DNA of 64,000 nt from positions 13,640,001 to 13,704,000 of the forward strand of contig OX597829.1 in the NCBI GenBank assembly GCA_951406725.2. The letters run 5' to 3'. Shown here piece by piece: positions 13,240-27,494 of this stretch. Every line of letters starts with the position of its first letter. The first letter of the stretch is position 1. The stretch is from Octopus vulgaris (Eukaryota). Made by a program: the position numbers and the translations under genes. The notes below the pieces were generated by a model, which worked only from the letters and a program-made list of their open reading frames with translations, was not told the origin of the DNA and searched no databases.

Positions 13240-13560
13240 CTTTCTTTTAACCGGGAAGGGCAAGCAGTTTTATATGCCTGGCAGCCATGGCGAAATGTGT
13301 TGTATGATGGACGAGATTGAAGGAACTGTAGACAAAACTTTCCTCTTTGGTCAATCCTTCATCAAATTTCTTAAGTTTCACTTGAAGAGAAAAATAAGGG
13401 TGGAAACTTTAGTTGAATGGTGAATAAGCGGGGCGAAAATGGTGCGAGTGAACGGGCCTGAACTAAGCATAAGCCTGTAACTCGGAGATAATTCAGGGCA
13501 CACGTGGTTTTATGGGGTTTTTCTATAAGCAGCCCTCAAATGTTTTCCACCCTATCGACG
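13240..13560 (+). mobile_element. Decayed Tx1 3' fragment
   Basis: Similar to the ORF2 C-terminus (aagtttcacttgaagaga) of the other copies. Confidence 0.7.
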
Positions 13561-13814
13561 ATCACACATTGTTAAATTTTTCTTATTTCTACGTCAAACT
13601 TATTACACGCAAAACTCTAACACATGCACACAAATACACACATGCACACATATACGCATCCGCACACATATACACACATACATACACACACACGTACAAA
13701 TATGCACACATGCATTAAATGTTTTGTCCTCTGCTCACCATAATGATTTTCTGAATGTAAAATTTTGAGGTCAATAGACAAGTTATACAGAAATTTTTAT
13801 TATTAATGTTATAT

Positions 13815-14545
13815 TGGCTAGTACGGTTGTACTGCCAGACAGGGCTTGTTCGAGCTACGAGCAGAGTGACGAAACCGTTCTGCACGCCCTCGTTCAGTGT
13901 TCGGGCATTGCTGACTTGTGGGGTTATGCCGAACAGCAGCTGTCATGTGTGCGGCGGTTCTGTCTGACGGCCGAGTCTGTATTGATGATCGCCCGTCGCC
14001 CTTCTTCAATCGGGCAGGCAAGGTAGTTTTTCTTTGCCTGGTGGCTGTGGTGAAAGAGATTGTTTGGTGGACAAGGCTGAAAAGCGTGAGGACAGAAACA
14101 TTCCTGTTTGGTAGAGCTCTCATTAACTTCTTCAAGTTTCACTTGAAATGGAAATTGAGAGTGGACAGGGAAGTGCTGTCCTCGAGTGAGTTTATTGAAA
14201 GGTGGGTAAAAGTTCCGAAAATGGCAAGAGTGGATGTTACATCTCCAATTGTAGATATGTGAGTCGGGAAGAAAGAACTGGAGAGGGTACTTACTCCTGA
14301 GGTTCAGGGAAATCTCGGACAGTGAGGTTCCTCGATTATCCCTAGAGGCTTTTTGCATCTCTATCATCCTCCACGCCACTTTTTTTTAACCTTTCTAAGC
14401 TATGCATATGCCACTTCTTTTTCAGCGTATACCACGTATACTTTCTTTCTTTCTTTTTATCATTTCATAATACTTAAACACCCACACTTTATGCCTGTAT
14501 TTGTATTGTCACCCTCGTCCTTCACCCTTGTGGCAAATAATGAAC
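13815..14545 (+). mobile_element. 5'-truncated Tx1 copy (C-terminal zinc finger plus 3' UTR)
   Basis: QSDETVLHALVQC and VWWTRLK...FFKFHLK; the 3' UTR matches 31176-31470. Confidence 0.88.
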
Positions 14546-14645
14546 TTATGATTTGCCTTTCATCCTTTCGGGTCGATAAATTAAGTACTAGTGAAACACT
14601 GGGATCGATGTAATTGACTAGTCCCCTATTATTATTATTATTATT

Positions 14646-16613
14646 CTGTTTGACTTTTGCTTTATGTCTGTACAAGTTGGCTCCAAGTCTCACCCAGAGA
14701 CCTCAAGAGACAACAGGTTGGAAGTTCTGTGCCATATATTTGGGGTTTTTTTTTTTTTTTGGTGTTGTACTAGTGAATGTCTAAAAAAAAAAAAAAATAA
14801 ATAAATAAATAAAAAAAAATTGTTTTAAACATTGGGATTACACAGAGAGTATTTTGCGTAGATATGAGCAGTTCCCATGAGCACTATCTTTTGAATTTCT
14901 GCCATTTTGGGGTTTCCTAGTATCTGAGTTAGGTAGCAATTAGTCCCTTTCGCTATCATTCCCAGGGCACCTATGACAACAGGTATTGTTTTAGTCTTCA
15001 GCTTCCACATTTTGCTGATTTCTATTTCAAGATCTTTATATTTGCTCAGTTTTTGGTAGGTCTTGACAGACACGTTTATATCGATTGGGACAGTCATATC
15101 AATGAGGAGGCATGTTCTTTGTCTGAAGTCTTTCAATATGATGTCTAGCATATTTTCATCTACCTTCCTGTCAGTTTGAATGGTGAAGTTCCAGAGGAGT
15201 GAGATGTGGTCCTTTTCAAGCACTGGAGGGGGTTTGTGTTCCCATCAGTTTTTTTCATGGGGCAAATCCAGGTTTTTGCAAATTACACAGTGAATATAAT
15301 GTTCAGCTTTATATGCCTGTTGAGATACTCTGTAGGCGCTAGACGACTGCACTTGGAGACAACATGGTCAATGGTTTCATTTTTTTGTTGACATCCACGA
15401 CGTGTTGGGCTACTGCCGTTCTTTAATATGTTGGCCTGGTAGTTTCTTGTTGGTAGGCATTGATCTTGACCTGCTATGATAAACCCTTCTGTTTCAGATT
15501 TTAAGCCAGAGGCCATTAGCTATTGATGGGTCAGAGCTTTGTCAACATCTGCATTATTCGCCCTCTTTGGGTATTTGCCATAGATAGTTTTTTCTTGCCA
15601 TTTATCATTCAAAATATCTAAGGCCGCAGTTTTAGCACGGGTTTTCATGCGCTTAGCCTTTTCTGTGCTTGTTTCTTGTATGTATAATTCCGAAATTTGT
15701 TTTATTCGGAATTCACTTAGATATTCCTTTGCCTGTTTTGTTACTGAGTATGGTGCTTTCTTGTTTTCATGTTTTGAGACAAGTTTTAACATCCAATCCT
15801 CAGAGTTTTTCAGGTAGGTGTCTAGGCCAATTGTAGTAATCTTCATTGTTATTGCCACTTATAAAAGTCCACGGCAGATAAAGTCGTTCTGTATCTGCCT
15901 TAAGGTGGTGCATTCTATGCATTGTCAACAGTTTTCGTATTTTTCTGTCAAGATTACATATTTCAGTAATTGACCAGTTAACGATATTGAAACTGTAAGT
16001 CACGACTGGTGTGGCTAAAGCATTCATCGCTTCGATCCTGTTTCTCGCATTCAGCTCTGTCTTGAGTATTGCACTCACTCTGCGATAACATTCTCTCCTG
16101 ATCCTTTCCTTCATCACTGAATGCCTTATTCCGTCCCCTTCAATTACCCCTAGGTACTTGTAGCTCTCCGCTGGGTCTAATTCTTTTATGACATTCTGCT
16201 GGTCAAGGTTAACGTTAGATGTTTCTGTCATTTTTCCTTTGATAAAAGTAGCACATTTATCGAGGCCAAATTGTATTCTGATGTCGTCACTGAATCGTTA
16301 GTAAGCCCTTGAGTTGTTGGTCATTTTTTACAAAGAGCTTTAAATCGTCCATGTAAATGAGATGATTTATATTTTTATCAAACATTTTATATCCGTACTG
16401 TGCGTCATTGAGCAATTTTGAATGAGGTATTAAGGCTAAACAAAAGAGGACTGGTGATAGTGAGTCACCCTGGAAAATGCCACATGAAATTTTTACATCA
16501 CCAGCATTTAGAGATTCATTGTCACTGTTCAAAGTTAGTGTGGTTCTCCATGATCTCATACTTACAGTCAAAAAGTTTCGCAGAATAGGTGCTATTTTAT
16601 ACATTTCCAGGCG
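14646..16613 (-). mobile_element. R4/Dong-like RLE LINE, 5'-truncated
   Basis: GIFQGDSLSP, YMDDLK, YKYLG, ETIDHVVSKC and the RLE region DIILKD...LLIDMTVP...KLSKYKDL; (ATT)n at both ends. Confidence 0.92.
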
Positions 16614-16857
<244 letters not shown>

Positions 16858-17412
16858 TGCCCTGATGCAGTACCAGGCAGTGGCTCTCATGGCTTCTGAT
16901 CTTAACTGATTGGAAGTGTTATCATGTACATTGTTTTGTCTTGGTATAAAAGATGGGCTACAGCAAATATTCTGCTCAGTACCACAGATTTGCTTGTCAG
17001 TTGTTTGGCCTTAACCAGTTGAGCATGTCCCTTAGTGGCTGACGATATGTGCATCTCTGATCACGAGCAGAAGTAGTGGGGGAGCATCATAGCCATGTGT
17101 TGAGAGGGATTATTTGGGGTTTGAATAATTCACCTCTGGAAACATAGGTGTTTCGTTCAACATCCTAAAGCAACCCCTATTCAGGGACCTTTTGAGCAGG
17201 ATGGGCTACTCAACCTGAAGAAAATTCTAACTGGGATCCACCTGCAAGGTCATGTGCTGTTTATCTTGATATGAGATCACCATGTCGCGCACATATGGTT
17301 GTGATGTATGTGCCTGGTGTATCTTTATCAGACGGGTAGTCATGATGGGTATATTGGGCTTCGTATATTTTACCCCAGTGTCACTTTGATGGCATGAACT
17401 GCTCTCTCACTC
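16858..17412. mobile_element. ~555 bp non-coding TAA-flanked repeat (longest copy)
   Basis: Near-identical to 30661-31160; the last ~225 bp recur at 59965-60189; (AAT)n on both sides. Confidence 0.88.
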
Positions 17413-17445
17413 AATAATAATAATAATAATAATTATAATTATAAT

Positions 17446-17476
<31 letters not shown>

Positions 17477-18169
17477 GCCACTACTAATACTGCGGAGCAG
17501 CAGCATTAGTTTATCTAGATAGGGCAATTAAATCCTTATAATTCTTTAAATAATCTTCTAATCGTTCTTACAATTTTTATCTTTCACAGAGATCAACCTC
17601 TTTGAGAAGTCCATGAGTGAAGACTCTGTCCACTCACTTTATCGACTAGAAATAACAGCTAACCCCTTTCAAATACACTCTGAAACAAAGGTGGGTTAAA
17701 AGACATTCAAATAATGTATCATTGATAATAGAAAAAACGCAATTGTTAGTCACGGCTGGAAAGCTTTTTATCAAAGATCTACTGGGTCATGGTTAACCTA
17801 GGGTTAAACAGCACTGTTAATTCTTTTCATTTCTCTGGCATTGACAATATAACAATCTAAAGCATTGTCAGCACAGTTTTCGGAGATTCATTTGTGCAGT
17901 TTTATCTAGTGTAATGGTGATGTTTAAGGGTGATATATAACTGCAAAATTTGCAAGAAATAATAATCAAATCACTCTCAAAGTTCACACATTCTACTAGT
18001 CTGCTGATATAGTCATGGATAGCACTATATCTAAAAAAGCAAAATACGAAATAACTATGGCTGGAACTAGATTTGGTCATATTTATGCTGGACCGTAACT
18101 AACCTGCGACTCAAAAACAGTAATAATAAATACCAGCACTACCACCGAAACAACAATAGCTTTTGCCCC

Positions 18170-18575
18170 ATCTAGCGGCCGAGTGTCCATCATTGACAAG
18201 ACCAAACTAGGTTGACATCACATGATCTAGTGCTCTGGACACTGTAGGTGACGGGGATTTATCTCCTAGCGATATAAACAAGGGAGCATTTTGCACCAAA
18301 ATGCCAAAATGAGAGTTTCTCTTGTGGTATCTACTGCAGTATAGTTTGTTCTAACAGAACATCCTCATTTAAATGGGGATAAACATTATTTTTCGGTGTT
18401 GAAACTGCCTCTGTTGTTTATAAATATTTTTTCAATCTCCCCGCTAGCGATATAAAAGCCAATAAGAGACTTTCTCACATGGTAACTACTGCTGTGTAGT
18501 TTGTTCCAACAAAGCATCTACATTTAAGTGGGGATAAATATTACCTCCCGGTATTGATGCGATCTCTGTTGTTAA
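18170..18575 (+). repeat. Interspersed repeat with a partial tandem duplication
   Basis: Core cattttgcaccaaaa..ccaa..tgagagtttctc recurs inverted at 38950-39190 and 40365-40555. Confidence 0.7.
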
Positions 18576-19200
18576 TATATATTAATTAAATTGAGTTTCC
18601 AGTAAATCTTAAGTAATTTACAGTAAATATTTATCTATAACAATTTTCTCATGGCACTACTGTTATCAGTCGGAAGCGTTTAATATTTAATCCGTTTCTT
18701 TTTACATCCCAAATGAGAACTTCCTTCTCACATCTGTCTAGTTATCTACTTCCTCTGTCATCGCCTTTGTAGCACTTCAATTTTAAGAGTGTAAGACGGA
18801 AAGATTTACTTTACCACAGGAAGAACAATTAACCTTATTTTAGTATCAATAACATATATATATAGTGTGATTTGCGTATGTGTCTTGTGCATTGTGTGTG
18901 TATATGTGCGTGTGTGTATATCTGTGTATACACGTGTGTGTATGTGTGTGTATTTGTGTGTGTGATGTCGTTTTATCATAGATCAGTGCTATTTAAGTAT
19001 AAACCAGAGAAAATGCATGGTCACGGCTGGAATATTTTACACATACAGTAATTCGTATTGCACTACTTAGAATATCTTGTGTTAGATGGTAGATGTGATT
19101 TCAGAGAGATTTAGCCGTTATTGTTAGCAGATCAAGTGAACACATGATCGAACTTTAGGTCACTCGGTACATTTATGGCATATATGTGCATACATGCAAA

Positions 19201-19207
19201 GATAGAC

Positions 19208-19286
<79 letters not shown>

Positions 19287-19299
19287 GATAGAGAGATAT

Positions 19300-19342
<43 letters not shown>

Positions 19343-19371
19343 TAAATAGATAGAGATAGAGAGAGAGAGAG

Positions 19372-19433
<62 letters not shown>

Positions 19434-19451
19434 ATGGATAGATAGATAGAT
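19201..19451 (+). repeat. (GATA)n microsatellite
   Basis: Directly visible. Confidence 0.99.
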
Positions 19452-19753
19452 AACTTTTTATTGTAGCCACACAGGGCTAAACACAGAATAAAATGGACGA
19501 AATACAATGTAGAGCTTTTTCTTTTCGAGGTGGGATGGGTGGGACACACAAAAAAACCCCCCAAAAAAACACGTTCGATCAATAGGGATCTGTGGGTTGT
19601 GTGGTTAATAAAAAAGCAATATATATATATATAAAGTTCACAGTTTAGGTGTAGCCTTGGAAAGAAAAACCTACAAAAAAGACCAAGGTCACCTCAGACA
19701 ATTCGAAAATGAACACATGAGTAAGTCACCTTACTTCTCGTTGTCTCTTTTGG

Positions 19754-22700
19754 TTACAGATTTACGCTTAAAATAGTGTCGTCTTTCATACTGACCATTT
19801 TTGCCACTTTTACCCACTTTTTATTAAAACATTCGTTCGACAAAGCCTTCCTCTCAATTCTCATCCTCCTTTTCAAGTGGTACTTGAAAAAGTTGACGAG
19901 AGACAGACCAGAGAGGAAGGTGTTTGTTTGCAGTCCTTTCAAACGCGTCCACCACACACATTCTTTCGCCATAGCCATCAGCGTAACGAAAACCGTTTTC
20001 CCTTCCCGTTTAAAGGAAGGTGGTGGAACAATATTCACGATAGACTCGGCCGATAAGCGGGTCCGTCCTACACGCAACAACAGCTGTTCGATGAAGGTCC
20101 ACAGCTCTTAAATATCTGGACACTGCACGAGTGCGTGCAGAACGGTTTCGTCGCTCTGACCGCATCTCGGGCAGGTCGGTCTGGTGATGGTTTTCGAACC
20201 GTGCCTGTAGCTCTTCTTTCGAACAGGTAGTGCGTCTCGATTGCATTGCCAAGGCAGGGATCTCTGGAAGTTATCCATACGCCCCGGCCCGAACATCGTC
20301 CTGAACAGGTGGGTTAGGAATTTCTCGTCGACGCCCAGGTTTGCCCCGAGTGTGTCGTCGGACATCCCCTCCACTAGTCCTCTATAGAACGCTTTAGTCG
20401 TTTGTAAGTTGCACAAGTTTAACCCCGGTCGGCAGAGCTGCTGTAGAGCTTGGCGACACTCTCGGTGTCAATCGCCCAGTTTCGGTCTCTTCTTGATCCA
20501 CGTTTGCAGTTCGGTCAGTGAGACTAGCTGCGGGAAGGCGCGCCTCACATACCTGTTTACCGTCATCGATGAAGTTCCAGAGATGTCGCAGTCTCAGCGC
20601 TTGCCTGCGCATCATCAACCACGGCATGCCCAGTCCTCCATTTAACGGATGTTGACAGCAAATGGACCGCCTCACCATCGGAACGCCACCCTTCCACAGG
20701 AAGCGGAAGAGTATGCGCTCCAGTTTGGTGATGGTGGCGTCGGGACAAGGTACGACGGTCAGGCGGTAATCGATAACGGATGCGATGTACGCGTTCGCCA
20801 CCTCTGCCCGACCTTTTAGAGACAGCTTTTTCTCGGCCCATGTTTGGCTGAGCGCAACCACTCTACTCGTGATCTCGTCCCAGTTCTTATCCATTTGGAG
20901 GTCCGGACTGAACTAGACCCCGAGCAATTTAACCGGTCCGTCCATCCAGCGTCCCACTATTGAGCCGCAGTCGGACGGCATGGGCTTGTTTCTCCAGGTC
21001 CCGAGTAGCAGACCCACTGACATTTCCGTGTTAATTTTCGCTCCCGTCACCGTTTCGTATTCTTTTAGTGTCTCGCCTATCATCTGGATGTGTTTGTCGC
21101 TCGACACTATGATGATGACATCCTCCGCATATGCTGACCCGCTCGTCCCGCAACCTAGTAGCGGCTCGAGAGTCAATACATACAGAAGCGCCGCAGGGGA
21201 CACCCCTGACGGACCGAACGCGTGATGTCAAACGGTTTCGATAGGTGACCGTTCACCCGAATTACCGATCGGATGCCGCTATAGAAGGCAGCAATCCAAC
21301 CGCGAAAGACAGGACCGAAGCCAGCCGCCCTGAGGACGGCCGCCAAGTACCGATGGTCGACCCTATCGAAGGCTTTAGACTGATCCAAATTGATCAGCGC
21401 CCCACCCATGCCAGGATCCTTAATTACCCTGTTCACAATGTAGCGCATCAGATGGAGGTTGACATGTACGGTTCTGCCCAGCACGGCGCATGTTTTTTGC
21501 CATGTCGACCAGTTTACCAATGACAAGCGCCAACATCTCGGCTATTACTTTGGCCAAAATTTTCAAATCTGCGTTGAGCAGAGTGATGGGCCTGAAATTA
21601 TCTATAAAATTCCCCTTGTTTGGGTCTTTCTTCAGCAACGTCACTGCACCTCGGCTCACGAAACCGGGGATTCTCCCGTTTTGTTGCCAGTTGCAGTAGA
21701 CTGATGCAAAGAGGTCGTCAAACAAGTCTGGCATTTGACAATACAGCTCGTATGGTAAACCATCCAATCCAGGCGACTTATTCCTCGTGCAGCCCGCCAT
21801 CGCATCCCGCATGTCAGCGGCTGTGATGGGACTTTCACAACACTCCGCTTCTCTTGCCGAGAGCCGCGCAGGTCGGTCAGATATGCACTGAAATCTATCC
21901 CGCGTTCCGACCCACTACTCGCACCTAACAGTCGAGCAAATTGCTGTTGAAAGGCCTCACACATCCATTCGGGTTCGAGAAAACTGCATCCCTGTTGATC
22001 TATTAGAGACCGAATGGTGGCTCTGTTGCCACGCTGCGCCTCCGCTACCCGGGCCTCTCGCACAGCTTCGATCCCTTCGTTCCTTAAGGCACGCATTTTA
22101 GTTCTGACGACGCAAACTTCGTGCTTGGCGTTGAGGTGTTGGTCGAGGGCCATCCTCGCAGCCAGCCCGTTGGTTGCGCTGCCAGTGGTAAGTGCCTCTT
22201 CTAGTTTCTTAACCAAGTCTCTCTCTACTCTATTTTGATCTATCGCTAATTCCTTGCTAAACCTAATTGATTCCGATTTTATTGTCATTTTCAAGGCGAA
22301 CCACCAGCGGTTGATAACGATGGTTCCTGGTAACGCCCTCTTAATTAACTCGCTAATCCGGTTCCTGTAAACCTGTCGCGCTAAGAACGACGTGTTCAGT
22401 TTCCAATAACCGGGACCCTGTCTATGTGTCTTATCTAAGTCGAGCGTACACATCACAAATTTGTGATCTGTGTAGCTGACTATTTTAAATTGTGGACATC
22501 CTACACTATCCCTTTCCTCTGTCCTGCATAAAATTCTATCTAGATAAGATCTCGACGATCTGACACGGTTTGTCCAAGTCCACGTTGGCACATTCGGATG
22601 ATCGAGTCGGAACCTGTCAGACAAATGGAAACGTCTGAGTAGGTCTTTGAGGCACTTACACCCACTTCTATTCCTATCCATTCCCACATAGTCTAGATGC

Positions 22701-22909
22701 GTGTCCAAGGTAGCGTTCCAATCCCCTACTAACAGTAAAGGTCTAGACGATTTGACCGCCAACATGGACGCGAGGGCCCGCAGCTTGCTGAGTCTGGTTT
22801 CACTGATAGCTACTATATCCACGTTCAGTGACTTGATGTCGTTTAGAAGGTAACCTTGCTTCCAAGCCGACACCAAGCCACGCTCATTCACACAACCTAA
22901 TTTAAGCAT
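19754..22909 (-). pseudogene. ORF2: APE endonuclease, reverse transcriptase and C-terminal zinc finger, with frameshifts and deletions
   Basis: ISET, VGDWNA, SYLDRI, YTDHK, GYWKLN, KSPGLDGL, NFRPITLLN, DQSKAFDRV, VRQGCPL, YAED and CPRC...ETVLH motifs. Confidence 0.95.
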
Positions 22910-22969
22910 AATTGATGTTTAAGAAATTTGTTTCACACACTACATTGAAAGAGACAAGAGGGAAGGTCA

Positions 22970-24854
22970 CTCACTCATTTCGAAAGTTTGAGTTTTTTCT
23001 TCTTCTTTTGAAATGTCTATGAGGAGGTGTTTGTAAATTTTTTTAGACAAGTACCCCCCCCTCCCCAGTATTTGGAAAGTTGGTTTTGAGTGTGTGGTGC
23101 TGTGTTTGTGTTATGTGCACAATTTTTATGTGTTTCGGTGGTGTAGAGCGCGGATGATTATTTATCTTAAAGTCATCTTCACAGATGTTTGTGTTAGATG
23201 CAATGTATTCCATTAGCGTTTTATTGTCCGTGTCTATTGCTGATACATCTGTGTGTGGTTTTGCGGGGTCATTGATGTTTTGATTGTCTAAGGTGGGGCT
23301 GTCAGGAGTTAAATATCTCTCTGCTTTACTTGCTTGTTTGGTGGGCTTTTTTATCTTTTCCTTTTACCCCCTGTGTGACTATTTGCCATTCCGTCGAACT
23401 TTCGTCGTTGGACGAAGAGTCTGACGAACCAGAAGGGAGTAAAGGCAAAGCATTTGCGTTAATATGTATGTTTGTAGAAAGTGTTGTTGTTTTGTGCGGT
23501 GTTTGTATTGTTGTGGTGTTAGGAGTAGAATTTATCTACTCATCACTCTTATCTGTTTTCATAGTTGTCGTCCTTGGTGCTGGTGTTGGTTTATCTTTTG
23601 ATGTTGGGAATTGTTTGCTAGTTTGTTGTTGTTCTTGGCGTTGTTCCATATCTCTATATAATTCTTGTATCAGTTGTGGGTTTGGTGGTGTTGGTAGCAG
23701 ATGTTGTTTTTTATTTGTTTTCTGATTTGTTTTTTCGTGTTTTTTCTGTCCCAGAACGCACTTTGCGATTAAGTGGTCTGGGCTGCCACAGCGGTAACAT
23801 CGTGGTTTTTTACCTTCCGCTACCACATACAGGCTTTGGCCATTTTCTAAATATATAATATTTGGTAAATTCTCGATAGAAGACTCATCGATTTGAATAG
23901 TGACTTCTATCGATTTCCTACTCTAACTATCATTTTTAACAACGGCGATTTCTAATATGTTGATCGATTTTAAATGATAACATATCGCCGATGTTATTCA
24001 TTTGGGTGGGATTTCGGGCGGGACATTTTTTATTCTTATCTTACTCACTCTTTGTCCCATGTAGTATGGAACCATGACGAGTTCTTCATTTTGTAATGTC
24101 TCCGTAGAGTGAGCTTTTCCTCTTCCTGATTATGGAAGCGGACTACTACGGTATTAAACTGGGGACCCCAGTTTATATATTCTTTTGTTTTCATTATGTT
24201 TTTTGCACATTTTTCCACATCTGTTTTTGTTATTTGTTCGGTTTTTTTCGTGTTTTTCCTAATAATTCTTTATAGAATTGTTCGCTTTTCTACATCTTCT
24301 CTAATATGATGTGGAGTGTGTAGAATCAGGTTTTGTCCTGATGTTGTGAAGTGTGCTCTTGTCTCCAACAACTCTTCATTTGTGAAATGTACAATTTCTC
24401 TTTTTTGACGCAGCGTGTCAGCGAAATTCACAGTTCTCTTCTGGCAGTTGTCGTTGTGTGTTTTTGTTGTTCTTGTATCAGAATTATTGTTGGTTGTTGT
24501 AATGCTTGTAGCTTTTTCAGGGACTGTTAATTTTGTCTTGTTAATATTATCTTCACCATTAATAGGTGAGATAGTCAAATCTTGCGATACATCATGGGCA
24601 TTTATATTTACTTCATTTTTGTTGTTGTTATTCTTGTTGTTGTTGTTATTAACGGTTGTTGTGTCAGTGGGGGTAGTAGATGTGGTAGCTTTGGTGTTGG
24701 TGGTGGTGGCGTTGATAACAGACTTATCATTCTTAGTAGCAGCGTCTTTGTTGACTGACTCGACAATTCTTCTTTCTTCTGTCTTTCCCAAAGCAGGAAA
24801 ATCCTTCTCAGAAAAAATCGCAGAATACTGCTCAACGACATGATTTCTCGACAT
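22970..24854 (-). pseudogene. ORF1 zinc-knuckle protein, frameshifted
   Basis: Pieces 24270-24854 and 23536-23826 are homologous to ORF1 at 163-2142. Confidence 0.88.
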
Positions 24855-25251
24855 TTCTTATCGAGAAATAAAAATCAATTATTGAAAGGTTTATGAAAAT
24901 ACCCCTAGGGGCGAATTCCACGTTTAAAAACACCCAAACGAAAGTTGGGCATTTGAAAAGATAAAAACTCCGAAAATGTAAACAATGGATGTAACAGAGA
25001 GAGAGAGAACAGCGTTTATGCGTTATGTGGAACGCTTCGGCGACATTATGTAAAAATAAGCTAGAGTTTTTATATATAAACAAAACTGAAATTGCCCCTA
25101 GGGGCAAAATCCCATCCGGGAAACACACCCAGACGAAAGCTGGGTGTCTTACACACTCCGTGCGCGAAAATTTGAAATGAAACCCTTGCAAAAAAACAAT
25201 AAAAAAAGGCGATTGACTTCCGAGCCGATCCAACAACGAACACTATCGATC

Positions 25252-25511
<260 letters not shown>

Positions 25512-26680
25512 CGGGACAGATTACAAAATAGAGCTTTTCTTTTGGGGCAAAAAAGGCGGGGGAGGGTTTTCGATGAAAAGGATCATAAAAGGGAAGGAAG
25601 AAAAAAAAGAAAGGAAAAAAAAGAAAAAAAAATGGAAAAGAAAAAAGAAAAAAACGATCAATAGGGATCGTGTATCACAGTGTCATGATGTAAGGTGTAA
25701 AGAAGCAGATAAGGTTTATCTGTGGGAAGAAAAGCCTACGGAAAAGACCACAGTAACCTTGGTCAATATTGTTACATGTTACCACATCTGTTTGCAAGTA
25801 GGTAAACCTCTGTTTTAAATTTCCGGGTTCATAGGATTATGCTCAAGGTAGCTTCGTCATTCATACGTGCCATCCTTGCTACATTTACCCATCATTCTTT
25901 AACACATTCGCTAGACAAAACTTGCCTCTCTACTTTCACTTTCCTTTCCAAGTGATACTTGAAGAAGTTGATGAGAGATTGACCAGAGAGGAAAGTGTTT
26001 GTCTCCAATCCTTTCAGACGCGTCCACCAGATACATTCTTTCGCCACGCCCACAAGGATGATGAAAATAGCTCTTCCTTCCCGTTTGGAGGAAGGAGGTG
26101 TGACAATATTGACGATAGACTCGGCTGATAAACCGACTCGTCCCACACGTGACAGCAGTCGTTCGACATAAGCCCGCAAGTCGGAAAATGTTGGACACTG
26201 CACGAGTGCGTGCAGAACGGTTTCGTCACTCTGACCGCATCTCGGGCAGGTCGGCCCCGTGTTTCTCGAGATGTGTCTGTAGAGCTTATCCCGAACGGGT
26301 AGCGCTTCTCGGTAGCACTGCCAGGCTAGAGATCTCTGGAAGTTGTCCGAAAGTCGTCCTGAACAAGCGGGTCAGGTATTCCTCGTCGACATCCGGGTTC
26401 GACACGAGTTCGTCGTCGTACCTCCCCTCCACTAATCCCCTATAGAATGCATTGGTTGTGTTGAAGTCACTCAAAGTCGACTCGGGACGGCAGAGTTGCT
26501 TGAGAACAACGCGACACTCGCGGTGCCATTCGCCCTTCCTCGGCCTCTTTTTGATCCACGACTGCAGTTCGGTCATGGGGACGAGCTGCGGGAAGGCGTG
26601 CCTCACAAACGGCGACCACACCTGTTCACTGTCGTCTACATAGAGCTGGAGATGTCGCAGTCTCAGCGCATGTCTGCGCA
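25512..26680 (-). mobile_element. 5'-truncated Tx1 copy, sister subfamily
   Basis: RRHALRLRHL...KECIWWTRLKG is similar to ORF2 at 19754-20600 but has a different 3' UTR; GATA repeats on both sides. Confidence 0.93.
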
Positions 26681-26729
26681 GATAGATAGACATATATATA
26701 TATATATATATATAGATAGATAGATAGAT

Positions 26730-26794
<65 letters not shown>

Positions 26795-26919
26795 CAGAGA
26801 TAGATAGATACACTTGTGTCTGTTTACATATATATATAACAATCAATCAATATCTATTATTCAAGATTCAAAGAAATATGAATTATAGGGGAAAAGGTTA
26901 TAGCCAGTCATCCTTTTTG

Positions 26920-27177
26920 GCCCTGGTACTTATTATATTGGGGATTTTTGCCGAACCGCTATGTTACCGGGACGTAAGCGAACCAACACCAGCTGCCAAG
27001 AGTTTTGTGGGACAATTAAAGATACAAAGACACACAAACACACACAATCCACTCACAAGGTTTTGGTCAATCCGAGGCTATAGCAGAAAACACTTGCTGA
27101 AGGTGCCACGCAGTGGAACTAAGTTCAGAACCATTTGATTTGGAAGCAAGCTTCTTACCACACAGTCACGCTTACGG

Positions 27178-27178
<1 letters not shown>
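26920..27178 (-). mobile_element. tRNA-derived SINE
   Basis: Reverse complement resembles 43494-43868 (gtgtggtaagaagcttgcttcc...ttagttccactgcgtggcac). Confidence 0.75.
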
Positions 27179-27211
<33 letters not shown>

Positions 27212-27253
27212 CACAATTAAATCTCAGAATGAGATTGAAACAGTAATCGCTCG

Positions 27254-27434
27254 ATAATGTAAAGTATGGAAGCCATCTTATCATGGCTAACCACATTGGG
27301 GAGGGGGTGTTACTGTAGCTTTAGGGAGGGGTGGGGGTGTTACTGTAGACGAAGATCGCTTGGGGCTATAAAGCTACAGTAACACCCCCTCCCCAATGTG
27401 GTTAGCCATGATAAGATGGCTTCTATACTTTACA

Positions 27435-27438
<4 letters not shown>
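27254..27438. mobile_element. Fold-back MITE-like element
   Basis: About 70 bp near-perfect inverted arms, 27254-27323 and 27369-27438. Confidence 0.85.
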
Positions 27439-27494
<56 letters not shown>

